Source of the DNA: a virus
Taxonomy: Duplodnaviria > Caudoviricetes
DNA: 64,000 nucleotides
IMG/VR virus record: IMGVR_UViG_3300014205_000187
Coordinates: 32,001-96,000 of that record
Reading direction: 5' to 3' (one strand)
Made by a program: the position numbers and the translations under genes
Part shown: piece by piece, positions 37,976-47,000 of the stretch
How the letters are laid out: each line of letters starts with the position of its first letter
Position numbering within the stretch: the first letter of the stretch is position 1
Notes under the pieces: generated by a model
What the model was told of the DNA's origin: nothing
Databases searched by the model: none
What the model saw: only the letters and a program-made list of their open reading frames with translations

Positions 37976-38005
37976 AGTTGCAGCACAGCAAATCTTCATG
38001 GTAGT

Positions 38006-38048
38006 ATGTAGCTGGTAGACAGGTAATTCTACCAGCTACATCTATTTT
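38006..38048 (+). terminator. 14-bp stem-loop after the tail tube gene
   Basis: atgtagctggtaga/tctaccagctacat followed by ctatttt. Confidence 0.7.
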
Positions 38049-38068
38049 AAGGAGGCAACAAAAACATT

Positions 38069-38575
38069 ATGGGAGCTAGTGAGTTTAAGTGGGATGATAA
38101 TGCTTTAATCCCGGACAGTGTGGAAGTGACTTTCCAAAGCAAGGATGATGACAAGTTCAAGAAAGAGAAAGTCACATTTTACGAGTTCCCCCGGCTGACT
38201 CTCGTTGAGTTTGTCACAGAGTCGATGGATAAGAAGTTCATCGAGATCGATGCAGAAACAGGTCAGCCCAAAAGAGATGAAAATGACATCATCATTCGGC
38301 GTCCATTCGGAGACGTAGCTGACGAACAAGCCGAGCTGCTTTTCAAGTATCTCGCAAAAGCCAGTAGAGATGTCAAAGACATCGGGTTCTTTAGAGACCT
38401 GGACCTCACATCGAAAGGCATGTATGCTCTCGTAGACATGCTTTTGTCGATAAACCATCTCAATGAAATCCTGGCAACAGGGGGAAACTGGTTGATGCTT
38501 CCGACTGTGAGAGAGATGTTGTCGGGAGCGGAAAAAGTCGTATCAGAATCCCAAAAACCGACTTTGCAAGCATAG
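38069..38575 (+). CDS. Tail assembly chaperone (gpG-like)
   Basis: Between tube and tape measure; contains the slippery heptamer G GGA AAC. Confidence 0.8.
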   Translation: MGASEFKWDDNALIPDSVEVTFQSKDDDKFKKEKVTFYEFPRLTLVEFVTESMDKKFIEIDAETGQPKRDENDIIIRRPFGDVADEQAELLFKYLAKASRDVKDIGFFRDLDLTSKGMYALVDMLLSINHLNEILATGGNWLMLPTVREMLSGAEKVVSESQKPTLQA

Positions 38576-38814
38576 TTGAAACCCTTACAGATCGAGGTTG
38601 GAGTGTTGAATATACTCTTACCTTAACGTGGAGACAGACATCTCTCCTTTGGGAGCGTTATTGGGAACGCAAGGTCTGGGACATCGAAGTTGCTATAATA
38701 ACCAATCCTCTGGCTGGTGGAGGAAGTGAAGAAAACGAACCAGCAATAGATGCAACGACAGATGATGGATTAGCGATGATGGAAAGCTCAGGGCTGCCCG
38801 TCAAGAGGATATAA
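38482..38814 (+). CDS. gpGT extension by programmed -1 frameshift
   Basis: GGGAAAC at 38482-38488; the -1 frame is open to TAA 38814 (..RGWSVEYTLTLTWRQ..); hairpin at 38497-38529. Confidence 0.85.
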   Translation, partial: GKLVDASDCERDVVGSGKSRIRIPKTDFASIVETLTDRGWSVEYTLTLTWRQTSLLWERYWERKVWDIEVAIITNPLAGGGSEENEPAIDATTDDGLAMMESSGLPVKRI

Positions 38815-38817
38815 ACT

Positions 38818-41800
38818 GTGTCAATCGCTATAGGAACCTCCATAGACCTTACTGGAGCTGCTACAGGACTGGGGCAGCTTACCTCAATGGTCGATACTGC
38901 GGTTGCTAACATGAACCGCAAAATGATGTCGGCTTCTGCTGGTATAGCTGCCCCTCTTGGTATTGGTGGTCCCAAAGTTGGACAAATAGCTAACGAGATG
39001 GAGAAGATGGTCGGTCTAACCGGGCGTCTAAACCAGGGTCTCGACCGAATGACCACTCTCTTCGCAGGAGGGCTTGGATTTGGTATAGCTCTTGGAGGTA
39101 TAGGTCTATTTACGGCTGCTCTCACCAGGTCTATCGAAAAAGCCAGAGAGTTCCAAACCGCTCAGATTGCTATCGCTGCTACCATTCAGTCAGCTTATAA
39201 AATAGGCCCACCTGGGGGCAAAGTAGACTGGACTACAAGCACCAATCCTGTTGATCGTGCTAGAGCATTTCAGGTAGCTCAGTTAGAAGCCTCTAAACTC
39301 AACTCAGAGATCATTCGACGCCAAGCTAAAAACATCCTCACATACGAGGAAGAACTTCAGGCTTTCCAATCGTCTCTCGCTCCTGGTGCTCGTAAAGGTC
39401 TCAGCACAAAACAAGTCTTAAACATATCCGAACAAGCTGCTATCGTTGCTAAATCCATCGGTCTACGAGGTGAAGAAATTGCCAACGCCTCCAGACTACT
39501 CATGGGAGGTGGCGTTAATGTAGCCAGGTCTACGATTGGTCGTGTTCTCGGTGTATCTAACGCCGATATTACAGGTAAAACCGGGCCTGAGTTCGAGAAG
39601 TTTATCAACGAACGCCTCAAAGGTTTCAAAGCCGCTCAACAGCCATTTGCCGTGTCCATCGAAGGTATCATGTCCACTCTACAAGCTCAATTGGACGTAT
39701 TCCTGGCATCTGTCGGCGACAAACTGATGAAACGAATCTCCGGTTCTATCCAGAGCTTAGGTAAAACTTTAGAAGGTCCTGGAGCTGAAAAGTTTGGAGA
39801 TATGCTTGCTGATCTATTCGAGTCCGTGGCAAAAGGTATCGAATCCATAGCAAAATCTCCAGCTATTCCGATGATAATGAAGTTCATCAGTTTCTTGGCT
39901 TCTAACGGAGACAAGATTGTTATAGGGATAGCTCTCATGGCTCTCATGGGCGTTATCACAAAAGTTGGTGGGACCCTAAAAACTCTTGTAGGATGGTTCG
40001 GTGAGGTTGCTGTTGCGGCTTCTTCTGCTGCCGGAGCCGTTGATGGTCTTGCTATGGCTACGAACTCCATAGGGGGCACTGGAGTGGCAATGGCTGGACG
40101 AGGTGGTAGAGGTGCTGCTGGACGTATGACGACAGCCAGTGAAATAGCCACAGCAGCCGAAGCCGAAGTTATAGCCGCCAACAGAGCTGCTGAATCCGCT
40201 TTTGTGAGTGGCAAATGGGGCGGTGGCAAAGGTAATGTGGCAGCCGGAGCCAGAGGCGCATTCCGTGACCCTACAACAGGCAAGTTTATCAGTAAGAGCG
40301 AAGCTGCTTTAAGAACCAGTAGAGGTAGAGCTTTGGCTGGTGAAGTTCAGATGGACGCATTCTCCAATGTTCTTGGAGCTGACTATCTTACTGGAAAGAT
40401 TCCCGGTGTCATGGGGCCTATGCAACAGGCCACACTAAGAGAAAGAATTGTAAAAACATTCGGCACCGAAGGAGCTATGGCTAAGAAAATGCTGGGTCTT
40501 GCCGAAACGAACCCAGCAATGGCTACAAAAATAATGGGGGCCATGTCTGTCGGCGGCAAGATGGGTCAATCTGCTCTAAAGGCTTTCATTGGCACTCAAA
40601 TTGCTGGTATGGTTCTGCCCGAAAAAATAACGGGTAGTGCTGCCTGGGACATCGGAACAAACGCCTTTATTGGCGGTTCAGCGATTAAACAGCTTCTCCC
40701 TTCTATAGGCATGGGAACTCTAACAGGTGCCGGTGCGACACTGGGAACAGGGGCCGGTGCTCTTCTTGCTGGGGGAGGTGCTGGAGCTGCCGCCGCTATC
40801 AGTTTACCTTTAATTGCTGCAATCGGAGGAGGTCTTATCGGCACCAAGATTCGTCAAAGTGTGTGGAGTGGTATCGATGAGCCAGGTACAGCAGCTAAGA
40901 TAGCAGCCGGACGAAAATGGCAAGAAAAACAGATTCCTTTAGCGGTCAAGCATGAAGACCTTCTGACCCGTAAAAGAGAAATTGAAAAAGCAATTAAGTC
41001 TGGAGGTGGGTTTGAACGCGAAACACCAAACGAAATGCGGGCTTATAACCCACAACATTGGCTTGGTGACACCACTTTCGGTTACATGGAAGAAGGCTTC
41101 GGCACTACAAAAGAAAAAGGCACTGGATTTTCTCCTACACAACTAAAAAAATCCCTTGCCTATATAAACGCCCAACTCAAAGACACCGAAGAAGTTCAGA
41201 GAGCTGTTATCACATCTAATGCTAGAGGCGATATTGTTAAGGGTATTATAGCAAAATCGCAAACACTCCAAACCTCTGCTTCTCTTGGTTGGGGTGTTCT
41301 TCGACAAAAACAAGATATTGAATCCAGGCGTATGGCCGAACAGGCCAAACTTCTTGAACTATACAATGCGCCTGATACAGGGATACCTCTCGATAAAGAC
41401 CTGAAAACCAAATTAACTTTAGACTACTTCACTAAAGGAACCGCACTTAACAAACAGTATGGCGGTAAAAAATTATCTGCGGCTGATATGGACAAAGCTC
41501 TTACTGGAGCCGGTCAAGACCTCATGTATCAGCGTAAAACCAGAGAAATAAACGAAAAGTTTGCAAGTGAATCCCTTATCGCTGATATGCAGCGTAAACA
41601 GCTTATAGGTGGAGCTGGTCTAAAAACAATCGGACAAGAATATACATTAGGTAGACAAGCCATTGAGATTCAAATGGCTCAGTCTAAAGGCACTCTTGGA
41701 GCCGACTATAAAGCTACTCTGAATAAAGCTCTACATGCATTTGATGTCCAGTTCAATAAACCTCTAAAAGAGATTGAACAACAAATGGGTAATCTTCAGC

Positions 41801-42840
41801 TTGGAGTATCGAGTCAGCACGTTGTTGAAGCAGCTCAACTCGCTTTTAAGGCTGTCAGAGCCAAAATTAAACAGGCTGTCCAGTTATTCAAAGAAACTGG
41901 AGAAGGTATGACTCCAGAACAAGGACAGCAGGCTCTCAGAGAGCAGGAAGCTCAAATGAAGGCCGATGTCTACAAAGCTATGGCATCAAAACAGTTTGCT
42001 CTTGGAACCACTCCAGAAGCACGTATAATGAATGCTGCCATCTCTGAAGTAGCTCAACAGGGTTTCGCTAACAAAGGTGAAATGTTCAAAGCCAAAGGTT
42101 TCGATATGTCATCCGGCATGACCAGCAGCTTTGCTCAAATAGAAGCGTTCCGAAGAAGTCCTGGAGTCACGGCTCCGATGGTCAATCAGTTCGCTCAAGA
42201 CAGTATCAACAACAATATGATACAAATGCAGCGAAGAATAGAAGATGCTCGGGCACAGCAGGAACAGAACGCTCTTCAACAGAAATATGCCCCACTTCAA
42301 ACAGCTCAAGCAGAAATGGGTGTAAAACAGGCTCAATTCGGAAAAGATCAGCGAATGATGACCTTGACCGATTATGACCAGGCTCGTTGGGCTACCGCTG
42401 AAAGAGAAGTTCGTTATGAAGAGGCTCAAAAACGAGGTCCGCAAACCTACGAAGATATAAAGAAAAAAGTTCAAGAAGGCTTCGATATACAAAAACAGCA
42501 AGATGACATGGCTATCCAGGGTGCTCAGGCAAACAAGGAAGGTGTGGCACTTCAGCAGAAGATAAATGAACGTCTAACTAAACGGCTTGATTATGACCTG
42601 GGAAAACTGGAAAAAGACTATGCCAGAGCTGTTGAAATGGCTACCGCCTATCTCAGTAGCATGGGTAAAAAAGGTGGTGGAAACCCCACTAAATCCGGCA
42701 AATCTGAAGAAAGCGAAGGTCCGGCATTCGACATCACTATCAATGGTGGTGGTTTCACCGAAGCCGATGTAGATAAATGGATACCTCGTATCAGAGAGAA
42801 ATTATGCCAAGAAGCAACTCGGAGCGGGAGTAGGAAATAA
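38818..42840 (+). CDS. Tape measure protein
   Basis: 1340 aa, Ala/Gly/Gln-rich helical sequence with hydrophobic stretches; canonical position. Confidence 0.9.
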   Translation: MSIAIGTSIDLTGAATGLGQLTSMVDTAVANMNRKMMSASAGIAAPLGIGGPKVGQIANEMEKMVGLTGRLNQGLDRMTTLFAGGLGFGIALGGIGLFTAALTRSIEKAREFQTAQIAIAATIQSAYKIGPPGGKVDWTTSTNPVDRARAFQVAQLEASKLNSEIIRRQAKNILTYEEELQAFQSSLAPGARKGLSTKQVLNISEQAAIVAKSIGLRGEEIANASRLLMGGGVNVARSTIGRVLGVSNADITGKTGPEFEKFINERLKGFKAAQQPFAVSIEGIMSTLQAQLDVFLASVGDKLMKRISGSIQSLGKTLEGPGAEKFGDMLADLFESVAKGIESIAKSPAIPMIMKFISFLASNGDKIVIGIALMALMGVITKVGGTLKTLVGWFGEVAVAASSAAGAVDGLAMATNSIGGTGVAMAGRGGRGAAGRMTTASEIATAAEAEVIAANRAAESAFVSGKWGGGKGNVAAGARGAFRDPTTGKFISKSEAALRTSRGRALAGEVQMDAFSNVLGADYLTGKIPGVMGPMQQATLRERIVKTFGTEGAMAKKMLGLAETNPAMATKIMGAMSVGGKMGQSALKAFIGTQIAGMVLPEKITGSAAWDIGTNAFIGGSAIKQLLPSIGMGTLTGAGATLGTGAGALLAGGGAGAAAAISLPLIAAIGGGLIGTKIRQSVWSGIDEPGTAAKIAAGRKWQEKQIPLAVKHEDLLTRKREIEKAIKSGGGFERETPNEMRAYNPQHWLGDTTFGYMEEGFGTTKEKGTGFSPTQLKKSLAYINAQLKDTEEVQRAVITSNARGDIVKGIIAKSQTLQTSASLGWGVLRQKQDIESRRMAEQAKLLELYNAPDTGIPLDKDLKTKLTLDYFTKGTALNKQYGGKKLSAADMDKALTGAGQDLMYQRKTREINEKFASESLIADMQRKQLIGGAGLKTIGQEYTLGRQAIEIQMAQSKGTLGADYKATLNKALHAFDVQFNKPLKEIEQQMGNLQLGVSSQHVVEAAQLAFKAVRAKIKQAVQLFKETGEGMTPEQGQQALREQEAQMKADVYKAMASKQFALGTTPEARIMNAAISEVAQQGFANKGEMFKAKGFDMSSGMTSSFAQIEAFRRSPGVTAPMVNQFAQDSINNNMIQMQRRIEDARAQQEQNALQQKYAPLQTAQAEMGVKQAQFGKDQRMMTLTDYDQARWATAEREVRYEEAQKRGPQTYEDIKKKVQEGFDIQKQQDDMAIQGAQANKEGVALQQKINERLTKRLDYDLGKLEKDYARAVEMATAYLSSMGKKGGGNPTKSGKSEESEGPAFDITINGGGFTEADVDKWIPRIREKLCQEATRSGSRK

Positions 42841-42842
42841 CA

Positions 42843-43256
42843 ATGGCTGTCTCAACCGTATACCTGGACAATATACAGCTCGATATAGACCCAGAGCAAT
42901 ACATACCTCTCGGCGGTCGGCGTCGTGGTTCGATTCATCGACTCATCGACGGCGGCACAGTTTATCAAGATCGAGGCATAAACGAAACAGATTTGAGTAT
43001 TATGCTGAGTGGTAAGTTCACAGACCTTACAACCCTTAAAGCCATTTATGCCATCTACCGTAAAAAAGGGTATGAGTTCGTGCTCAAAGACTTCAAAGAC
43101 TGTGAGTTTCTGGTAGTCTTCACTCCTGGAGTAGAATCGTTCAGAGCTGCGCCTTTATACGGTTCAAACAGAGGATGGTCTTATCAGATCATGTTATCCG
43201 TCGTATCCGTACAAAAGTGGTTTTCTACATCTAGTGGATTTCCCTCTGACACATAA
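42843..43256 (+). CDS. Distal tail/minor tail protein
   Basis: Follows the tape measure; HRLIDGG.VYQD. Confidence 0.6.
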   Translation: MAVSTVYLDNIQLDIDPEQYIPLGGRRRGSIHRLIDGGTVYQDRGINETDLSIMLSGKFTDLTTLKAIYAIYRKKGYEFVLKDFKDCEFLVVFTPGVESFRAAPLYGSNRGWSYQIMLSVVSVQKWFSTSSGFPSDT

Positions 43257-43273
43257 TATGCTATAATGCGTCC

Positions 43274-43430
43274 GAGGCAAGTAGTATGGTGGACACTCAA
43301 TCGAGACTTTTCATCTGTGAAAAGATACGCAACACGCTTTCGATAGCGTATAATACAATCAAGCCGTTCAATAGAGTCTCAATATGTGCCTGACGCCGGA
43401 TTAAAACCCCGGCGTCTTCGTCTACTTGAG
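43274..43430 (+). ncRNA. Candidate structured ncRNA or leader of unknown family
   Basis: TGcTATAAT at 43259-43267; nested helices; no + strand ORF. Confidence 0.5.
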
Positions 43431-43435
43431 AGAAG

Positions 43436-44167
43436 ATGCCTAATAGACCTACAGCCATTTTAACCGAAGCACAGGTTGTTGAGATTCTGGATTTACTGAA
43501 AGTCAAAGTATCTCACCAAAATATAGCTGATCGATATGGCGTCTCAAAAAAGTCTATCTCTCGCATAGCCACTGGAGAAACATGGAGAGATATATCTCTC
43601 CGATATGGTCTACAAACACCTCCATCTCAAACCATAATTCCAGTCATTAACCTTGTTCCCATCCCTACCGAGTTTTGTGATCTCCTGGATGAAATAACTG
43701 CTGTTAAAAATCACTTTGCCTTATCTTTCACTCATCCTCTTTATTGGGGTCAATTTTCCAGTTGGGATGGAGTCCATTCAATTGTAAGCGATGGTTACAT
43801 CATCTGGGAATCTCTTGATCTCTACAACTATGCCAAGCGTTTATCTGATACCAAGATAATTGGGTATCCAGTATGGTCCGAAAAAACTGAAGAATTACCC
43901 ACTTTTGAACTGGAAGATTTTATGACTCAACCCGTTGGTGATAAGTTTACAGTCAACAGTGGGGGAGGCGATATAGTAAAACTCGTATCCTCTAACAAAG
44001 AGTTGTTCATCAGAGCAAAGTATGTTACAATGGCTATACGAATGAAGCTCGATATTAGAGAAGCGCAAACTAATGATAGTTTTGTTTATCTAACTAAAAA
44101 CAAACCCAAAGCCACAAGTGACCCAATGCCTATTGTAATCGCTTGTGCAACGGTATTGAATGATTAG
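43436..44167 (+). CDS. HTH DNA-binding protein with unknown C-terminal domain
   Basis: AILTEAQVVEI...IADRYGVSKKSISRIATGETW. Confidence 0.65.
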   Translation: MPNRPTAILTEAQVVEILDLLKVKVSHQNIADRYGVSKKSISRIATGETWRDISLRYGLQTPPSQTIIPVINLVPIPTEFCDLLDEITAVKNHFALSFTHPLYWGQFSSWDGVHSIVSDGYIIWESLDLYNYAKRLSDTKIIGYPVWSEKTEELPTFELEDFMTQPVGDKFTVNSGGGDIVKLVSSNKELFIRAKYVTMAIRMKLDIREAQTNDSFVYLTKNKPKATSDPMPIVIACATVLND

Positions 44168-44179
44168 GAGGCAACAATC

Positions 44180-44398
44180 ATGGATAACATTACCGTAACT
44201 AAAGAAGAGGAAGTAATTTCCACACGAAAACGCTCAGAGGCGAATGAAAAGAAAATAGTCGTTCTCAAGGCGTTCTTAGACATCATCGGTGAAGAGGATG
44301 TCGATACGTTCTTTCTTTCCACTCTTCAGACCGCAAAAGAACGTGGTTATAATCTCCAAGAAGAGCCTGAAGCTCTACTTCAACGGTTCCAGGTTTAA
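44180..44398 (+). CDS. Small hypothetical protein
   Basis: AGGAGG SD. Confidence 0.65.
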   Translation: MDNITVTKEEEVISTRKRSEANEKKIVVLKAFLDIIGEEDVDTFFLSTLQTAKERGYNLQEEPEALLQRFQV

Positions 44399-44404
44399 CG
44401 CCTC

Positions 44405-45022
44405 ATGGGTAGTAATTATAAAATTATTCTTACCCCAAGCCAATTAGCTCATATCAAAAATCGATACGAACATGACAGAGCTACGGCGGCTGTAATATCC
44501 CGAGAGTTGGAAAACATATCTCCTCAAATAGTTTTACGTGCCCTCAAAGACTTAGGCATTAAACGCTATAAAGGAGGTCGAAGGCGCGGACAATACCCTG
44601 TAAACGCTAAAGGTTATAAGAAATGTGTTGATTGCGGTGAGACTAATCTAGCTGAAACACATTTCTTTCCTGCAAAAGTCAGCTCTGATGGTTATACTGT
44701 ACGGTGCAAATCATGTCATCAAAAGATGAATAGGCACTTAAAACTAAAACGTGAGTTTGGCCTTACTTTGGCAGAATACGATATTTTACTTGAAAATCAA
44801 AAAGGAGTCTGTGCTATCTGTGGCATGGCAGAAACTAGACAAGTTAGACACCAAAAAATCTATCATTTAGCGGTTGACCACGACCACGCCACAGGAAAAC
44901 TCAGAGGACTACTATGTTCTCGGTGTAATAAATTACTTGGAGCACTCAATGACGATATAGGTATTTGTAAAGCTATCATAGCTTATCTAACTCATTGGAG
45001 AAAACAACATAATGCTCCATAA
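44405..45022 (+). CDS. Endonuclease VII-family homing endonuclease
   Basis: CxxC..CKSC, QKGVCAIC, LAVDHDH, RGLLCSRCN. Confidence 0.9.
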   Translation: MGSNYKIILTPSQLAHIKNRYEHDRATAAVISRELENISPQIVLRALKDLGIKRYKGGRRRGQYPVNAKGYKKCVDCGETNLAETHFFPAKVSSDGYTVRCKSCHQKMNRHLKLKREFGLTLAEYDILLENQKGVCAICGMAETRQVRHQKIYHLAVDHDHATGKLRGLLCSRCNKLLGALNDDIGICKAIIAYLTHWRKQHNAP

Positions 45023-45995
45023 ACCCTATATACTTGTTGTTCGTCAACTTGGAGGCATCGGCGACGTGCTCATGATGTCATGTTTGTATCGGGGACTCCG
45101 AGAAACTTACCCAAAACATACAATCAAACTCGTAGCTCCTAGTATATACCTGGGAGGCGCACTCATCGATGTCGCCGAACATAATCCATTTATAGATGAG
45201 ATTCACATTATAGAGCCTTACGATTGCACTACTCAACACACAAAAGAAGTATGGGCCAAATACTTTGAAAATGCACCCAATATCGAAAATGAACTTATAT
45301 GGAAAATGGCTGATAAAGCCTTTGATATGAATACTCCCTGTGTAGATTTCGAGTGGAACACTAATAGTATAGATAAACCTCGATACCAGGTATGGTGTGA
45401 CGCCGCTAATATAGTGCCCTCGTCTTATGCGCCTGTATATAAAATACGCCCTGATGAACTGGCTGAGGCTAAAGGATATGCTGCCGAACACTGGGAAGGA
45501 AAAAAAGTTGTTGGAGTTGGACTGGCAGCCGCCGACAAGAAAAGAGCACTCGGATTAGGAAAACTTGAAGATATTTGCCACATGCTTCAACAAGCTGGAG
45601 TGCATCCAGTTACCATAGACCCCACTTGTAAAATAGATGGAGTTGACTACCTAATTAACAAAAGAATCCGTGAACTGATGCCTCTAATGCACTGCATGGA
45701 TACCGTAATCTCTGTAGATTCAGGACTCCTACACATGGCAGGCACAGTCGGCACCCCTGTTATAGGCGTTTTCGGACCCACAGATTATCGAATGCGAATG
45801 GGTAATTATTTGGGAAGTGCCATAGATAGCCGACAATTGATGCCCTGTACTCCATGCTGGTATGGTTATCCCTGCACCAAAGATGATGGTCGGCACGGTA
45901 TTAAACCTTACGAATGCCTAAATAAGATACAGCCTGAAGTCGTCGTAGAAGAGACGCTTAGATGGGTTTTAGACAGTAGAAAAGTTGACCATTAA
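45012..45995 (+). CDS. Glycosyltransferase family 9 (heptosyltransferase-like)
   Basis: GGIGDVLM, NPFIDE, ISVDSGLLHMA, GVFGPT, C.PC...C...C. Confidence 0.9.
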   Translation: MLHKPYILVVRQLGGIGDVLMMSCLYRGLRETYPKHTIKLVAPSIYLGGALIDVAEHNPFIDEIHIIEPYDCTTQHTKEVWAKYFENAPNIENELIWKMADKAFDMNTPCVDFEWNTNSIDKPRYQVWCDAANIVPSSYAPVYKIRPDELAEAKGYAAEHWEGKKVVGVGLAAADKKRALGLGKLEDICHMLQQAGVHPVTIDPTCKIDGVDYLINKRIRELMPLMHCMDTVISVDSGLLHMAGTVGTPVIGVFGPTDYRMRMGNYLGSAIDSRQLMPCTPCWYGYPCTKDDGRHGIKPYECLNKIQPEVVVEETLRWVLDSRKVDH

Positions 45996-46025
45996 CATAC
46001 TAGACTGTGCTATAATGGAGACACT

Positions 46026-46391
46026 ATGGCTGCAAACCTCGAAATACAAAATGATGTAGGGGATGCTATTACCTCTTATAACTTCGGAGCCGTAAATGGT
46101 GGAAGCTATGAGGAAGTTCGACTATCAATCGAAAATATAGGTGACACTTCTGCTTCTTCAGTTCAAGTAGCTGTTCAACGCCTCGCTCAAAACGATGGCA
46201 TAGATTTTGCCTCTCTTGCTTTAGATGTCGCAGGTAATCCAGGAGTTTATAGCGCAAGTGCTCTGAATCTTGGGACCATTGCGGCTAATATAACGACATA
46301 TTTTTGGGCCAAAGTAACTGTCCCTACCGGCACAACCCCGGCAGGGAACCCAAGACAATTCGACATTATCGCAACGTACACAGGAACATAG
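46026..46391 (+). CDS. Virion structural protein (beta-sandwich)
   Basis: TGcTATAAT at 46008-46016; Ig-like composition. Confidence 0.6.
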   Translation: MAANLEIQNDVGDAITSYNFGAVNGGSYEEVRLSIENIGDTSASSVQVAVQRLAQNDGIDFASLALDVAGNPGVYSASALNLGTIAANITTYFWAKVTVPTGTTPAGNPRQFDIIATYTGT

Positions 46392-46991
46392 ATGCCTAAT
46401 CAACATTGTTTAACGGAAATATCAGAAGAAGATCGTGAATCAATACTTGAATACTATAAAACAGGTATTGGTGTAGATACTCTAGTTAAACGGGGTCTTA
46501 GTCCTTACGGGCATGTGGTCACACAACGAGTAATACGTGAATCCAAAATACCAAAAATGCCTCGCGGCAATCAGGTTCATTACAAACCTAAGTGTCCTGA
46601 TAATAAGGTATGCCCTCGTTGTAAACTTGAAAAACCAAAGGAGGCGTTTGGAACACACTGCACCAATAAAGATGGGTTAAGATCGCATTGTAGAAAATGC
46701 CGTACTGAGATGGAAAGACCTGGAGGTATACGCCGACATCATGGAATTAGCCTTGAAGATTATGATATGATGTTTGCTAAACAAAAAGGTCTCTGTGCTT
46801 GTTGTGGAAAACCAGAAACTTCAAAGAAACGAAAAGATAGGTGCAGTTTATCTATAGATCATGACCATAAAACAGGCAAAGTAAGACAACTTCTTTGCCA
46901 TCGTTGTAATGTTGTCCTTGGGTTGGTCTATGAAAATCCGACCCTGTGTGAACTGTTGAGAAGCTATATTCTCAAACATAAAGAAAGGTAG
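46392..46991 (+). CDS. Endonuclease VII-family homing endonuclease
   Basis: CPRC..CRKC, QKGLCACC, SIDHDH, RQLLCHRCN. Confidence 0.9.
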   Translation: MPNQHCLTEISEEDRESILEYYKTGIGVDTLVKRGLSPYGHVVTQRVIRESKIPKMPRGNQVHYKPKCPDNKVCPRCKLEKPKEAFGTHCTNKDGLRSHCRKCRTEMERPGGIRRHHGISLEDYDMMFAKQKGLCACCGKPETSKKRKDRCSLSIDHDHKTGKVRQLLCHRCNVVLGLVYENPTLCELLRSYILKHKER

Positions 46992-47000
46992 GGTAAAGCC

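Noticed and set aside
43274-43430. tRNA or tmRNA
   Set aside because: A T-arm-like hairpin is present, but there is no GTTC loop, no clean 7-bp acceptor stem, no CCA and no tag ORF
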